From Podarcis filfolensis (Eukaryota): a stretch of DNA of 64,000 bases. A program made the translations under genes and the position numbers. The stretch lies in NCBI GenBank assembly GCA_964270895.1, contig OZ185440.1. One strand, given 5' to 3'. The notes under the pieces are model-generated. The model saw only the letters and a list, made by a program, of their open reading frames with translations. It was not told where the DNA came from and made no database searches. The stretch's first letter is position 1; every line of letters begins with the position of its first letter. Positions 49,738-63,173 of this stretch are shown one piece after another.

Positions 49738-50083
49738 GGGTGGCGCTGTGGGTTAAACTGCAGAGCCTAGGGCTTGCCGATCAGAACGTCGGCGGTTTGA
49801 ATCCCTGCGACGGGGTGAGCTTTTGTTGCTCCGACCCTGATCCTGCCAACCTAGCAGTTTGAAAGCACGTCAAAGTGCAAGTAGATAAATAGGTACCGCT
49901 CCAGCGGGAAGGTAAACAGCATTTCCGTGCGCTGCTCTGGTTTACCAGAAGCGGCTTAGTCATGCTGATCACATGACCTGGAAGCTGTACGCCGGCTCCC
50001 TCGGCCAGTAAAGCGAGATGAGCGCCGCAACCAGAGTCGTCCGCGACTGGACCTAATGGTCAGGGGACCCTTTACCTTTACCT
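49738..50083 (+). mobile_element. Sauria SINE (first few nt missing)
   Basis: GGGTGGCGCTGTGGGTTAAA head and CCTTTACCTTTACCT tail. Confidence 0.93.
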
Positions 50084-50816
50084 ATGTCCTACTTTGCAGA
50101 GCACCGTCCTCACTTGGGAGGAGTCTGCTATTTGAAGGGCTACCCCAGTCCAAGGCTGCATACAAATCATGTACTTAAAGGGCATTTAAAACATGCAACC
50201 GTGCCAAGAATCGTGGGAATTGTAGTATGTTAAGGGGTGCTGGGAACTGTAGCTGTGTGAGGAGTAAACTTCAGTTCCCAGGGGGTAACTAGGATCTAGG
50301 CTTCCCCACTATGGTAGGACATGTGGTATTTCTATTTAAATTTTAGCAAACATTTTGAAATCTGCACTGATGCATATGAATTAGCATGTGGAAATGTTAA
50401 GCAAATTCATATTCTCTTTCATCTTCTTGTTTGACAACATGTAAGTAGTACCCTAAGGAGGACTGAGAGAGAGGCCTCTCATACTGGCATCCACATCATA
50501 TTTGTAAAATAGGGACTGCATGTGCAGCTTCAGCAGGTTTATACCCAGACTAATGACAGGTGAGATGGGAGAGCAGAGAGGGAGGGATGGACAGATAAAC
50601 TCATTTAGGAATCAGTGAGGACAATAGAGTCTCAGTTCTGCAAAACAACCCCCAATAAGATCAGGACTGCTGGGGGTGGGGCAAGGGAAAGAATACACAA
50701 GGCTTCACCATCTTCAGAACATGCATAGGCTTTGTCCCATTTTAACTGCTGTAGCTTTACCTCAAAGAATGCTGGGAATTGTAGTTTAAAGTTGATATGA
50801 AACTGTGCCAGAGGAA

Positions 50817-51040
50817 CTGTGGCGGAGGAAGAGGAATGCGGGGGTAACGCACTACCCCTGGCAGTGAGATCCCCAGGGTGCCATCGCGGCTACCTTCACC
50901 CACCCGTGCTGGGAGCCCCGCCCCCACAGGCGGTGTGCCATGCCATGCCCCCCAGGACACGCGCCACGCCCCTGCGGGCAGTGCACCACACCCCTGCCTG
51001 CTCTCCGCCCCCGGTGCCGGAGCATGAAGCTCCACCACTG
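50817..51040. mobile_element. GC-rich hAT MITE
   Basis: TIR CTGTGGCGGAG / CTCCACCACTG with a degenerate TSD CCAGAG(G)AA / CCAGAGAT. Confidence 0.7.
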
Positions 51041-52319
51041 CCAGAGATCCCTAGCCCCCCTCTTGGAACACTGTCCAAGAGTGCAGTTTAATTATACAGG
51101 GTAAAGAATGAGCAAGGCCTTTGAGCAATGCAGCTCTGGGACCGAGTCTTGCATCCTGGCTTAAACCTGTCAAAACTCACCATTTGGAGCTGCCAAATGT
51201 GGGAGACAGCAGCTCTGAGATGCAGAAATGTGGATGGGAGTGTGGACCAAGGAGAAAGAGGAAAGCCTGAAGGATCCTGATGGACTGAAAACTTGCTTGA
51301 ATAAGCTGTTACTTCACTGGCACTGGGTTAAAAGAGCAATTGTGTTTTACTAGCTGATTTAACGATGTGTGTTCTAATGCCTTTGCTTACTTGTCTGTTG
51401 TATTTCTACAGAGAATCTGTATTTTGCTGTTTGTTTGTAGATCGGGGGACAAATGTCTTGTTCTGGGGTGTGTCTGTGTAGTGTTATTCATTTGTGGGGG
51501 TAGGCTGTATGTGAGACCCTTCTAACCCCTGGATCAAGCAAGTGTTCAAATATAACCCAGGATAGCTTCCTGATGAGGCGATTGTCTGGGTGATGGGCCA
51601 TTAAAGGGAGCAAAGGAAAGGGGCTCTGTGTCAGATTGCAGATGGGTGGGGGATGGAAACACGATCCCTTAGAATCTCACACTACTCAGAGATCCCCCAC
51701 CTTTTCTTTTACAGAATACATTTTCAAAACACACAGAGAGATCTTTTGCTATTTCAGTTTTCTGGCAATGGGACATCAGCAAATCCTCTTTTTCGTTTTG
51801 GAAATATGAACACTCTGTTCTGAATCATCTATAGGCTCACTCTGCTGATATTCACAGCTATAATCTAGCTCAATCTAGAGTATTCATAACCTTCTTTTCT
51901 GAGCATAAGCGGGGGGGGGGGGGAGTTTCACATTTATCTTGATCCATATCCCAAGTTTGAATCACAGAAACACAGGGTGGAATTCAATGTCATAATCTTC
52001 TGATTGCTTCTTCAGTGCAAGCATTTCCCCTGGCCAGCTGGAACAATCACCCCTCTCCTCTCCCCGCCTGTGCACTGGTCTGGGGGTTCTACCTACCTTC
52101 CAGAGTGGATTTAGGAGAGGTGCAGGGGGTGTGCAGGGGGAAAATCCCATTACACTTGCAAGATCTTGTGCGCTGGCTTCCACTAGCACACCAGGTTGGT
52201 TGAATCAGGGCCACAGGGTGGCATTCAACCAATTTTTACTCATTGAAATTAATGGACCTAACTTAGTCGTGTTCATTCAGTTGTATGGTCGTACTCTGGG
52301 TAAAACTGAGCTGAATACC

Positions 52320-53075
52320 ACACATGGAGTTAGAAGGAAGCTAAGAGGTCATCTAGTTCAAGCCCTTGCTCAGTGCAGGATTTACAGTGCAGGATGCGTG
52401 CAACCTGAACACCACTGAGAGGAGGCTCCCCAGCCCTTGCTTAAATGCCTCCAAGACAGAAAGCCCCCCCCCCGGGCTGCTCAAGACATTTTGCTGCCTG
52501 AAATGGAGCCGCAAATGGTGCCCTATTCCCACCATAAGTCAAGGTGCATGGCTCCCAAGGCCGGCCAAGCTATTTGGGCAGCTGAGGCAGAAAATCTAGT
52601 AACTGTCTCTTCTCCTTCCTGGCTGTAAAAAACACAACAATTACAAATTAAGCATTTAACAACTTGCTGCTCTTTCATGACACCAGACTCATCGACTAGC
52701 CACAAACCTGGGTTTGGACATAATGCTACACCAAACTAGTTCCAAGTAGCATGGCAGCAACAGGACCAGAGAAAGAGCACATGGTGGCTGAAATATTCAC
52801 TCCAGAAACTCACTTGTATTTCCTCATTTATGCTGAGCTATGGTTTGGCTCCATGTTACAGGCAAATTGGGCCACTGCCAACCGGTTCTCACCATTAGGG
52901 GAATGTGCTGCCTCATGCTTAGCCAAAATTTGCTTCCTTGCCATTTCCAGCTCTTGGGTCTAGTCCTGCCTTCTGGAGCAAAACAGACCAATTCTCCTCC
53001 ATCTTCAACTGTTCCCTTTATACTGTACTTACTTTTCTCTTCTCCAGTCTAAACATACCCACCCAGCTCCATCAC
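52320..53075 (-). mobile_element. Old CR1 3' fragment split by a hAT-like MITE at about 52475-52600
   Basis: GAGTTAGAAGGAAG...GGTCATCTAGTTCAAGCCC and TAGTCCTGCCTTCTGGAGCA...CTTTTCTCTTCTCCAGTCTAAACAT are CR1-like, paralleling the 45489 copy. Confidence 0.6.
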
Positions 53076-55198
53076 ATTAGGATCCTATAGCTCAACAATT
53101 AATAGTTAGCAAATGTTCTTTGTACCCCCAAGCAGTGCACTTCTCCTCACCCAGGAGGTGTGCCAGAGCCGTCTCTAATCTATGGCTAGCAGTTTCTCCT
53201 TATTGAAAAAATATTAAGGCAGAAACAAAGGGAGTGCAGATTTCTTCCCAGCAGGGATGTGTCTGCATCAAGACTACGGTGTCTCCCCGGCTAGCTTGCT
53301 TTTAATAGACAAATTCCATCGCACAGTATGGAGTACAAACAAGATTTCTCCACCTTCATTACAAATAAAGCCAGTGGGAGTAAGGCAATGACCAATAATG
53401 CCATGTCTATCTTATCCTGGGCGAACCTGCAGAGGATCTGGAAATGTGAGGCAAAATCAAAGGAAAAGGGAGATCCTATCTGAAGTTCAACATACTCTTT
53501 CATCTCACAATCATGCCAGCTGGCAAACACTATTAACACGAATCAGTATCCCCATGGGGTTGTGGTGGGTGAGATCACACACACACACACACTTCCAAGA
53601 TGCACTACTAATACAGTCTCAAATTCTATTCCTTTTTTGCTTTCTCATTCTCTCTCTTCACTCTTTATCTCCCTGTTCACCCTTTTCTTTTGTGTCCTTC
53701 TCAAGTAAGCTTCCAATATAGAAAACAATTATTCATCTCATGAGCTTTCATGTTGACCATCTTTCTTTACTGGTAGGAGCATAAATCAGTGAAAAGTCTT
53801 TAGTCTCTTTGCACCAAACTGTTATCTCTTAAATTAGCAGTTGGGAATACACCTAGAGCATCTTTTGCCAAGCTGGTGCCCTCCAGCTGCATTGGACTTC
53901 AATTCCCCTCAGCCCAACCAGCACCATTGATGGGAACTGTAGTCCCAAACACCTGGCTGGTGAAGGCTGTCTCAGAGTGCATCTTTATGTACACCCTTGA
54001 AGTAATTATAATAACTAAATGACTTTAATCAAGGTTCTCCCTTCTGAGAATTAATTCATCTTTCCTGTTTATGCCTGTTGATTGGGCTTCATAAAGACTT
54101 CCTTAAAAAAATCTCAGTTGCTACGCTGAAGTTCTAGCTTTTACTTAGCACAATGTCGCATTTTAGAGGTGGTCATCACCCTTCTCTGTAACTGTAACCA
54201 AAGGCATGCTACTTTTAAAATAAAATCAAGCTGCCTACCATTATCTATTGTTCAGGTCACACTCCTTTAAAGAGATGTAATTACTAACCGTGTGTCTTTC
54301 CCTTTCGCCTGCAGTCAAAGAGGGATACTTTGACTGCAACAGATTAAGGAACTTTTTATCTGATCACACAAATATACAGGCAGCCATCAGTTCCTTGCAA
54401 ACGGCATCAGAAAAACACAAAGGTTTTACTCATACACACAGATGGCAGTTGACAATAAGCAAGGACTTGTGCCTGACCTCAGTCTAAAGTCAACTGCATT
54501 CATTTCAAAATAACTTCTAAGAAATGCATGTAAGAGCAACATACCTAGTATATATTGCCTGTCTCTACAGAAATAAACTTATGGTTATAAAGGCATGCAT
54601 ACTTCACACATGGCAGCAGCATTTTAATCATGCAGACATAAGACTTTTCTTTATAGCATATGAACAAGATATGTATAGAGTGCAAAAAAATCAAAAAGTT
54701 GAGAGCTTATTAAAAACAAATTCATTTTAGTAGCCCACACATATACACATACTCCTATAAAACTATTATCTGAAAAGGACATAGTGTCCAACCATGAGCA
54801 ATAGTAAACATATTATAAGCAAATGGTCCCATATGCCTGCATACAATTGTAAAACAAATTGTAAAACAAATCTAAATTGAGCCAAAGAGCTCTGATCCAA
54901 TAGGATTTATTGTGTGTGCATATGCACATTATTTATCTTTCCACTGCAGACATATGGGTATGTTTAAGACCCTATCCACATGCAGCTACTTGTCTTCGCA
55001 TCCACTTAGGGTGACTTTCTTGGGAATGACAATATATCTCCTCTTATTCATCAACGATCCACAGATTTATGTGAACATACTGATTGCAGGTATAACAAAA
55101 CACTATTCAAACAAATGGGTGTGTGCGTAAATGAGAACGTATGATTATCATTCACAGGCACTGTCATTCGATTCATTGCTTAAAATAAGAATAAAGGG

Positions 55199-55200
<2 letters not shown>

Positions 55201-55230
<30 letters not shown>
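55201..55230. repeat. (AC)15 microsatellite
   Basis: Direct reading of the sequence. Confidence 0.95.
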
Positions 55231-55235
<5 letters not shown>

Positions 55236-55587
55236 ACAACAGAGATACAGTGTAACATTATATAGTACACAGTGCACACACATTCACAAAAATGTCACTC
55301 ATGCTTTCTTCCACCAGACAAGACTTTAAACAAAGAAAGAGAAGAACACTGCCTTACTTTTCCCCCCTCTCTCCTCCTTTATGTGATTTCTTCCCTGGTG
55401 CCTTAATTTCAAGACTTCAGCAGAGCTGGAATTCTTGGGCAGAGATTACACAAAAGCAACTAACCAAACCGTTGCGCGCAAGAGCACCGATTGACTCAGG
55501 ATAGAGCTTGCTAGCAAAGAAAGGACAGAGAGACAAAGCCTAGCAATAAGAGCAGTGTTGAATAGGTATCTTCCTAATTGTAAGGGA

Positions 55588-55590
<3 letters not shown>

Positions 55591-55632
<42 letters not shown>
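55591..55632. repeat. (TG)21 microsatellite
   Basis: Direct reading of the sequence. Confidence 0.95.
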
Positions 55633-55633
<1 letters not shown>

Positions 55634-57159
55634 AAGGAAGGGGGGAGGGAAGCCCTTGGACGAGTGCATATGAAGAGGCCTCCCTCCCTCCGGCATAGGC
55701 TATGGAAAGGAGCTTTGCAACCTGAAAGTGAGGTTATTGAATACATTATTCCCCATCCCTTGCTCTCTCCTCATTGGGCCGCAGCGCAGGCAAGACTTCT
55801 GCATCAATGGTGTTATGATGAGATCTTTACATTCACCACACAGTTCCACACTGTTACCTTCTGCTAGGGCAGGCTCCTGGATCTGGGCATTATTACCCAG
55901 TTAGGAAGCTCAATTAAGAACCTAATTAATTCTAAAGTGAAAAAGCACCAAATTAATTTGCAGTCTCTCTCCCTCAGGCACACACACTATATTATTTCTG
56001 TCTCCCTGTGACCAGATTTTAAAAATCACAACTCTCAATTTATTTTATGATTTCAACACGACAGGAAATTACAGATAGTATTCTGTGTCTCAAAGAGCAG
56101 CGCCTCCTTTATGAAATGTAGCTCGCCATCTATTGTTCGTCACCAGCACTTCCTTTGTATCTTTTGGCTTCCCTTGAGGTCCGTTTCTGAGGTGGCAATT
56201 TGCAATCACAGACTAGCTTATAAAGAGTGACAAGATATGTGGGGGTCTGTTTAAAGGACAGGTCATCCAAATCACTTTTCTGGAGTTGAACATGGGAAGA
56301 GGACCTGATAGGAATCTAGGATTTGGTCCGTCTTTGAAATATATCGGTCCACATAAAGGTGTTCTTGTGAGCACTCAGGACTGAGTGATGCACACTGGGG
56401 TCTTTCCTTATTAGGCTGGGCAGAAAAACAGAAGCCACCACTCCCCCTTCCGCCCGCCAGCATCTGTGCAACTTTCAGAAGCAGCAATGATGGTACAAAC
56501 ATTGTGTGCTCTTGATCTTTCTTTTTGACTTTGTTCCTAGCTGGGCTTCTTTTTAAAAAAATTATTATTGTTATTATTTGGCTTGGTGGCTTTCATTTGC
56601 ATGATCCTCACAATGGAGCTTGACAGAACTTTTGTTCTTAGTGGATGAATGGTCACTAAAAATAACTGTGCCGCTGAAGATTTGCTTCTGTAATTCTTTT
56701 CATGAAGTGAATTGCCATTAAGAAATGTTTTGCAATAGGAGTCCAGTTCTGCAGAACCAGGGTGATCTACCCAGAGATGCAGGGCTCTGCCTATGACTCA
56801 CCTGGCAAAGAGGTGAATACAGTTTGGAGATATAGTTTGCTGCTTATCTAGTGTCTAGACTCTAGTATGATTGCCACTGGTGGCTGTATCTACAGATCTC
56901 ACTATCTCCAGAGCACATGCAGAATATTGGTATCCCACAGACCCAAAGGAAATGATAGGAAAGGGAAATTTAGATAAATGCAAAACTCTGCAAAAGGGGC
57001 TCTGGCACTTTTGGGTGCATCCAAAAATGGCACAGCTTGTTTTGTGAGATTTGGTACTGATAACTGCAAAAGCAAATGGACTTATTCACACATTTCACCC
57101 AGCAGTCTGCTTATGATGCTCAGTCCACAGCCCTCTTTTCCAATGTAAAATCTTGTATC

Positions 57160-57470
57160 CAGTGGCAGAGCAAGCCAGTTGGGCGCCTGGGGAAGCACAC
57201 GGGGTGGGGTGAGCCAGGGCAGGATGCTCCATGGAGTCTGCCTGCCTGCTCCCACTCAGCTGCCCTACAGCTGAGGGGGAGGTAGCGGGCAGACCGTTTG
57301 GGGCAGCGCAGAGCCTGAGGGTGCCCAAGCCACTGCATCAATCCCAAGAGAGATGAATGGCTTGGGCACACTGCAGGCCCCGCAGTGAGTGCCACCCAGC
57401 ATTTTGTCACCCCCCTCAGTGGTGACACCTGGGGAGACTGTCCCCACTGCACCCCCTTACTCCGCCCATG
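57160..57470. mobile_element. GC-rich hAT MITE, 311 bp
   Basis: TIR CAGTGGCAGAG / CTCCGCCCATG and perfect 8-bp TSD CTTGTATC (57152-57159, 57471-57478). Confidence 0.88.
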
Positions 57471-57796
57471 CTTGTATCCTGCTGAACTGTCTCTTGACTG
57501 ATCCTTCTTGCTGGCATCCACCTGTCTCAAGAGACCATGGAGTGTGCCTCCGGGGTGAAGCCAAACTGCTGCTTTAACAGCACCAAAGTGACCTCCCCGG
57601 GGCACAAGCCTGGGCAGTGTGTATGGAGCTCCTGAGCTGCTCAGATGACAAGATCGTCCTCTCAGCCTCACTGTTGTGGTCCAAAGGAAAGCAGAGCAAT
57701 ATGTTTGGCACCAGTTTGGCTGCAGGAGTTGCCAGAAGGAGTCATACAAGGCACCATCCAACCATCTTAGGGAATCCACTCCGGATTTGTGTAAGC

Positions 57797-57934
57797 CAGC
57801 CTTTCTCAACCTGTGGGTCCCCAGATGTTGTTGAACTACAACTCCCATCACCCCTAGCTAGCAAGGCCAGAGCTCAGGGATGATGGGAGTTGTAGTCCAA
57901 CAACATCTGGGGACCCACAGGTTGAGAAAGGCTG
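57797..57934. mobile_element. Palindromic hAT MITE, 138 bp
   Basis: About 50-bp inverted arms CAGCCTTTCTCAACCTGTGGGTCCCCAGATG...; TSD GTGTAAGC / CTGTAAGC (7/8). Confidence 0.9.
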
Positions 57935-58428
57935 CTGTAAGCCTTCCTTAGCCTTTTTTTCCTCCCAAAGATATCCCACAAGGCAGTGGAGGTTTAGGAT
58001 CAGAGTTTTCCTTCTCCTAGATGGGTTACCTTCCCAAGTTGACAAGCCCCATCTGCCCCTCACTTCTCCCTACAGCACATGCAGAAACCACCTTCTTGAC
58101 TGGACCCACTATTAGTCTTGTCTGCTCAACCCATCTTCACATGCAGGGGCAGTCCCTAACTCACCAAAGGTTTAAGACCCATCAGCTACCCTCACCTGGT
58201 ATAGCCAGCCAATCAAACCATTCCTGGGATGTGGTCGCTGTTGCATGCTGGCAGCTTCTAGGAGCACAGATGAGAGTTGAGTGAAGGGTGGGGACCAAAA
58301 GTAGACAAACTACCGGTACCTCAGAAACAGCATGATGTGTCCCCCACCAGAGAGGTGCTACCCCACCCCATACAGCCCCCCCCCAGCTTGATGCATCCAA
58401 AATATAGTGGAATCAGAATAGAAGTAAC

Positions 58429-58564
58429 CAGTGCTATTTTTCTAGAAAAAGAGGTGCTAGAACTCACCATAAACGTCTCCCTCGTTCTCTTAGAATGGCA
58501 ATGGCGTCCACCTGAGAAGTGCCAGAACTGAGTTCTGGTGAGTTCTGGCTGGAAAAAAGCCCTT
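58429..58564. mobile_element. hAT MITE, 136 bp
   Basis: CAGTGCTATTTT / AAAAAAGCCCTT termini; TSD GAAGTAAC / TAAGTAAC (7/8). Confidence 0.8.
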
Positions 58565-60266
58565 TAAGTAACCTTCTTCTATCTGCTCATTCATGCCTTA
58601 AATTTGTTAACTTGTATGGTAGGCACCACCTGCTCCTAGAACTCAGCACAGCTGTATCACAATTCTGGACCTGGTGAGTTCACAACTGTATCTCAAGATT
58701 ATTCTCCCTGCCCCCCAACCCCCGCTGCCGCCTCCGGCCCGGTGCACTGCAGAAATGTATTATAATTATGTAAGAACATGTGATTTCATAGCCACAATTA
58801 CACAAATTTGTTATTATTGAAGGAAAAAACTGGAGTCACACTTCCAGTAGGAGGAAGGATATTGTGCTATCATGCCACATCACATTCCACACGTTCCACC
58901 AGAAACACTTCCACAACAATGCATGGCTGGCAAGATGATGTGTTCTTTCACCTCTTACTCTATCCGTATTATTTTGTTGTCTACCTGTCTCATGTTTCTC
59001 AGTGAGCTGGCTTGCAGCACCTCTTCTCTTTTGTAATGCCTTTCTGTAAAGGTCTCATCTGAACAGACACAAACACACCCTTCGACACCTGCCACTTTGT
59101 TTGATGCACCAAGGGCACAGAAGGCAGAAGGCATGATGCACACAATAGTGAAGGTACAATGGTGGATCAACTAAATTCACAAGACAAGAATGGAAGAGCG
59201 GGAATTCAGGGAAGGGACTCACTCTGAAACTTCCTTAAACTCTCCACTAGCAGGTTCTCCACTGAATTATACCATGTGACCTGAAGTAAACACAATTCAT
59301 TGCTTGTGACACCAGAGCAGCAATATGAGAAGCAAATCACCATCTGAGTGAGCCTATAGCCGTGCCTTCCAGATGTTGTTGGACTACAGATCCTATTATC
59401 TCTGCCCACAGACTGTGGAGACTGATGGGAGCTGGAGTCCAACAACACTGGATACCCCTCTGCAGCTGATCCAAGAATCTGCTCTAACATTGGCTAGATA
59501 AAATAGTCAAAGTTTTTTATTTGCACAGATATTAGCTAATTTGAATATAATTTAAGATACTATGCCAGCCAGAGGTTTAATGTGCTGTACAGATGTGCAG
59601 TTTGTGGTTTTCTTTGACAAGTACCCAAATCTAAATTGTGGCCTATTCATTTTCTTTCAAAACTTCCCATCACCTAGAATCAAGGCGGGCAGGTTGTTTT
59701 TATATTCATAGCACACCTGAGATGGAGTCAAGCTACCACAAAATACATAATCAAGACTGTGTGTCCCCAAAGTAATCAGATGTAGACACTGAATTAACCA
59801 TTCAGCAACACCAGATTAAAGCATCTCAAATACTATGAGAGCTAATGAGCAACAAAATTATTGCACCTCTGTGAACTTCAAAAGCAGCATTTGCAAACAT
59901 AATGGTATTTTCAGAAGCATCATTCATGAGCACATATGAGGCAGATCTGAACTTAAAGTTCTTGATGGAAGCACCATGAAAATTCAGTAGAGCAATCAGA
60001 TTGATTGAAAGTTGTCTATGAATATTTAGTTGTTCTCTGTTTGAAAAAGGAGCTGGAATGGAGAGATATCTAAACAGTCTGGTTTTATAATTCTGCTTTA
60101 GTAGCAGTGTTGTGCATCACAGCTATAGCAGCATCCTAATCCCTGAATACAACAGACAGAGGTATCCAGGCCAAATGAAGTTTTCCCTTCTCCTAGAGGT
60201 CAATAATGTGACACATGGCATTAATTTTCAGTGCCCCATCCTCATAATACAGTTGGCCCGCCACTG

Positions 60267-60475
60267 TTATTTATTTGCTATTACATTTATATCCTACCTT
60301 TTCTCCAAAGAGCTCAAAGTGGCAAACATACTTATTCTCATCTCCACAACAGCCCTGTGAGGTAGGTTAGGCTGAGAGACAATGACTGCCCCAAAGTCAC
60401 CCAGTGAGCTCCTTGGCCAAGTGAGGATTGGAAGTTTGGTTTCGTAAGTCCTAGTCCAACACTCCAAGATGAACT
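60267..60475 (-). mobile_element. tRNA-head MIR/L2-tailed SINE (Squam3-like)
   Basis: Reverse copy with the CCCTGTGAGGTAGGTTAGGCTGAGAGA core and an AT-rich tail. Confidence 0.7.
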
Positions 60476-61416
60476 TCAAAACAAAATCAGTTAAGTATGC
60501 TGCTCTCAGGAGTCCTCACTGCTCCAGCTTCCCACACTTCAAATAAAACTCAGGGGAAGACACCATAAAGTAACTTTTTGAAATCAGGAAGCCCAGGCAA
60601 CCGGGGAGAAGCTGGAATGCAATTTCAGTCCTAACAGTCATGCACGGTAGAAGCTGATAGCAAGTAAGGAATAATATTTCTTTCTGCATCATAAATTGGA
60701 AGGAAAAGGTGCGCCCTAAGTTGCACTGCAGAACACCAATGAGGTCGACATTATCTGAGTCACGTATGCATCCCTGGCATTCAGTACTGACCATCACAAA
60801 TGGAAGGAAAGGCAGATTTCAGAATCGGTCTCCCCCACAGTATAAGCTGCAGAATCCTTAGCAGGTTTTGTGTTGCAGAACAGCCGTCCACCCTGCAGGC
60901 ACACCCCTTCCACCCACCCTAGGTATTAATTGGACGGTAGCTCCTGAAATTAATGTGCAAACTTGTTACTTTTCTGAACATCTGTCGCATCCCCGTTGCA
61001 CAGGGCAGTGGAACAGGGGTGTTATCATTGCTCCAGTTCTTCCCATCTCCTCATTAAGCTGGAAACAGACAAAAGTTTCCAAGAGAGGGTAGAGCCATCT
61101 TTTCCCCATTATTTACACCAAGGGTGGGGAACTCTCCTCTTTCCTGTTGAAGGCCACCTTCCCTCTCCTCACTTTATTTGTGGCATAGATCATCCTTGTG
61201 AACTATCACTGACCCATCTAGTCCAGTATTATCGGCAATGATTGGCAGCAGTTTAAAACCCAGCATCCTCTGCATGCAACCAGGTGATCTACCACTGAAC
61301 TAGGGGACATTTCCCCAAATCTTCTCCTTTTTATTTATTCATTTTGCTGTGCGTTTTTGTGTTTATATTGATGTTAGCTGCTTTGGGCATCTAGTGTGAA
61401 AACACAGGCTATAAAT

Positions 61417-61669
61417 CATGGGTAGGCAAACTAAGGCCCGGGGGCCGGATCTGGCCCAATTGCCTTCTCAATTCAGCCCGCGGACAGTCCGGGAATCAGC
61501 ATGTTTTTACATAAGTAGAATGTGTGCTTTTATTTAAAATGCATCTTTGGGTTATTTGTGGGGCATAGGAATTCGTTCATTTATTTATTTTTCAAAATAT
61601 AGTCCGGCCCCCAGCAAAGTCTGAGGGACAGTGGACCAGCCCCCTGCTGAAAAAGTTTGCTGACCCCTG
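61417..61669. mobile_element. hAT-Charlie-type MITE (same family as 42908, single internal unit, opposite orientation)
   Basis: TIR CATGGGTAGGCAAAC / GTTTGCTGACCCCTG and perfect TSD CTATAAAT (61409-61416, 61670-61677). Confidence 0.92.
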
Positions 61670-62695
61670 CTATAAATCATTTCCATTGTTAAACAAACAA
61701 CACATATATACTCATGGGGGGGGATTGGTGACAAAGTAGTGAAGAAAAAGGCTACTGGTCAAAAATAAGGTGGCTGTTTAGGTTATACACAAACACAAGG
61801 GAAGCCTTGCTAGATCAGACCAATGGGCTACCTAGTCAAGCATCCTGTTATCACAGTGGCCAAGCAGATGTCTATGAGAATCCCAAAAGCAGGACCTGAG
61901 TGCAACAGCACTCACTCCACTTCTGATTCCCAGCAACTAATACTGCCTCCAACAGTGGAGGAAGGACATAGCCATTGACAGTCCACGAATGTGTCTAATC
62001 CCCATTTAAAGCCATCCAAGGTGGTGGCCATCATTACTTCCTGCAGGAGCAAGATCCACAGTGGACATTAGTTCAGATCCCTGTCCTCTTTCTCACACAC
62101 ATGTGCTGTGAGGTCTTGGGTTAGTCGTTCAATAGCCGTACCTTGTTTCATCTCTTTGCTTATTAAAAAGGGGTTTGAATGTCTTCCCCCAGCTCTCAGA
62201 GACACGGGCAGAGACTGCACTAATGAGAACGGAATGATCAGCGGCTGTTGCATCGGTGAAGGCAGGGCAATTAATAGGGAGCCGGCTCATTTCTGAGAAA
62301 ATGAGCTGCAATGGAAAAGAAGGTTAAGGGAGGGAGGGGTGTGGAATAGCCTAGAGGTGTGAACAAAGAGGCCTGGGGGAATGTGATGGGAGAAAGGGAC
62401 CAGGCGGGGGGAGCAAAGGTGGAGAAAGCGATGGAGTGTGTCTTCAGGATCTGATTGATGATTCCTTTCCCCCTCCTCAGCTCCTCCTCCAAGCTGAGCA
62501 GAGAGGAGACCAGAATCATCTGTCTTCATTACATCATCCAAATAGGCTCTGTCAGTTTACACTGTAAAAGTAATCAATATTCCCTTGCGGCCAGCAAGCT
62601 GCCTGTCAGGCTTTAGCAAGTAGACCCCACCTCTGGTATTGCCTGTGGGAATGGGGCCTTTGCTCCCAGAGGCACATTCACTCCTCTCTCTCTTT

Positions 62696-62697
<2 letters not shown>

Positions 62698-62727
<30 letters not shown>
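62698..62727. repeat. (AC)15 microsatellite
   Basis: Direct reading of the sequence. Confidence 0.95.
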
Positions 62728-62729
<2 letters not shown>

Positions 62730-63131
62730 TCCTCTCATCAGCAGTATGTGACTATGTTTAGCTGTACCTCACTAAGGGAACTGTGCTGGGTCAGTTATTG
62801 GAGTACTGCCAACAAATATATGATACGGTTATGTTAGATGGTTCAGAATTGTGCAAGGTGTCTGCGTGCCTCTTCATGAATTTGTGTGTGTGTCAAATTA
62901 TTTGTCAAATTTTAGATTTGTTGACAGTACTTGGCACTCTGCATGTATACGTTAGCATGTGTGCCAAATGGGCCCAGATTTCAGCTTTATAAATTTTGTA
63001 AATCCTAGTTTCTAGTCCTCATGGTCTCAGATTTAAACCTGGTGGCACAAGTTTACTTTACAGCTAATATCATGGTGAAATTGCTGCTAAAAGATTCAAA
63101 GAATCCCAGCTGACTCCCATTTCCCTGTTGG

Positions 63132-63132
<1 letters not shown>

Positions 63133-63172
<40 letters not shown>
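63133..63172. repeat. Compound (GT)9(GA)11 microsatellite
   Basis: Direct reading of the sequence. Confidence 0.95.

Positions 63173-63173
<1 letters not shown>

Noticed and set aside
57120-57851. Longest ORF in the track (243 aa)
   Set aside because: It runs through two MITEs and GC-rich repeat DNA, with no protein-family features.
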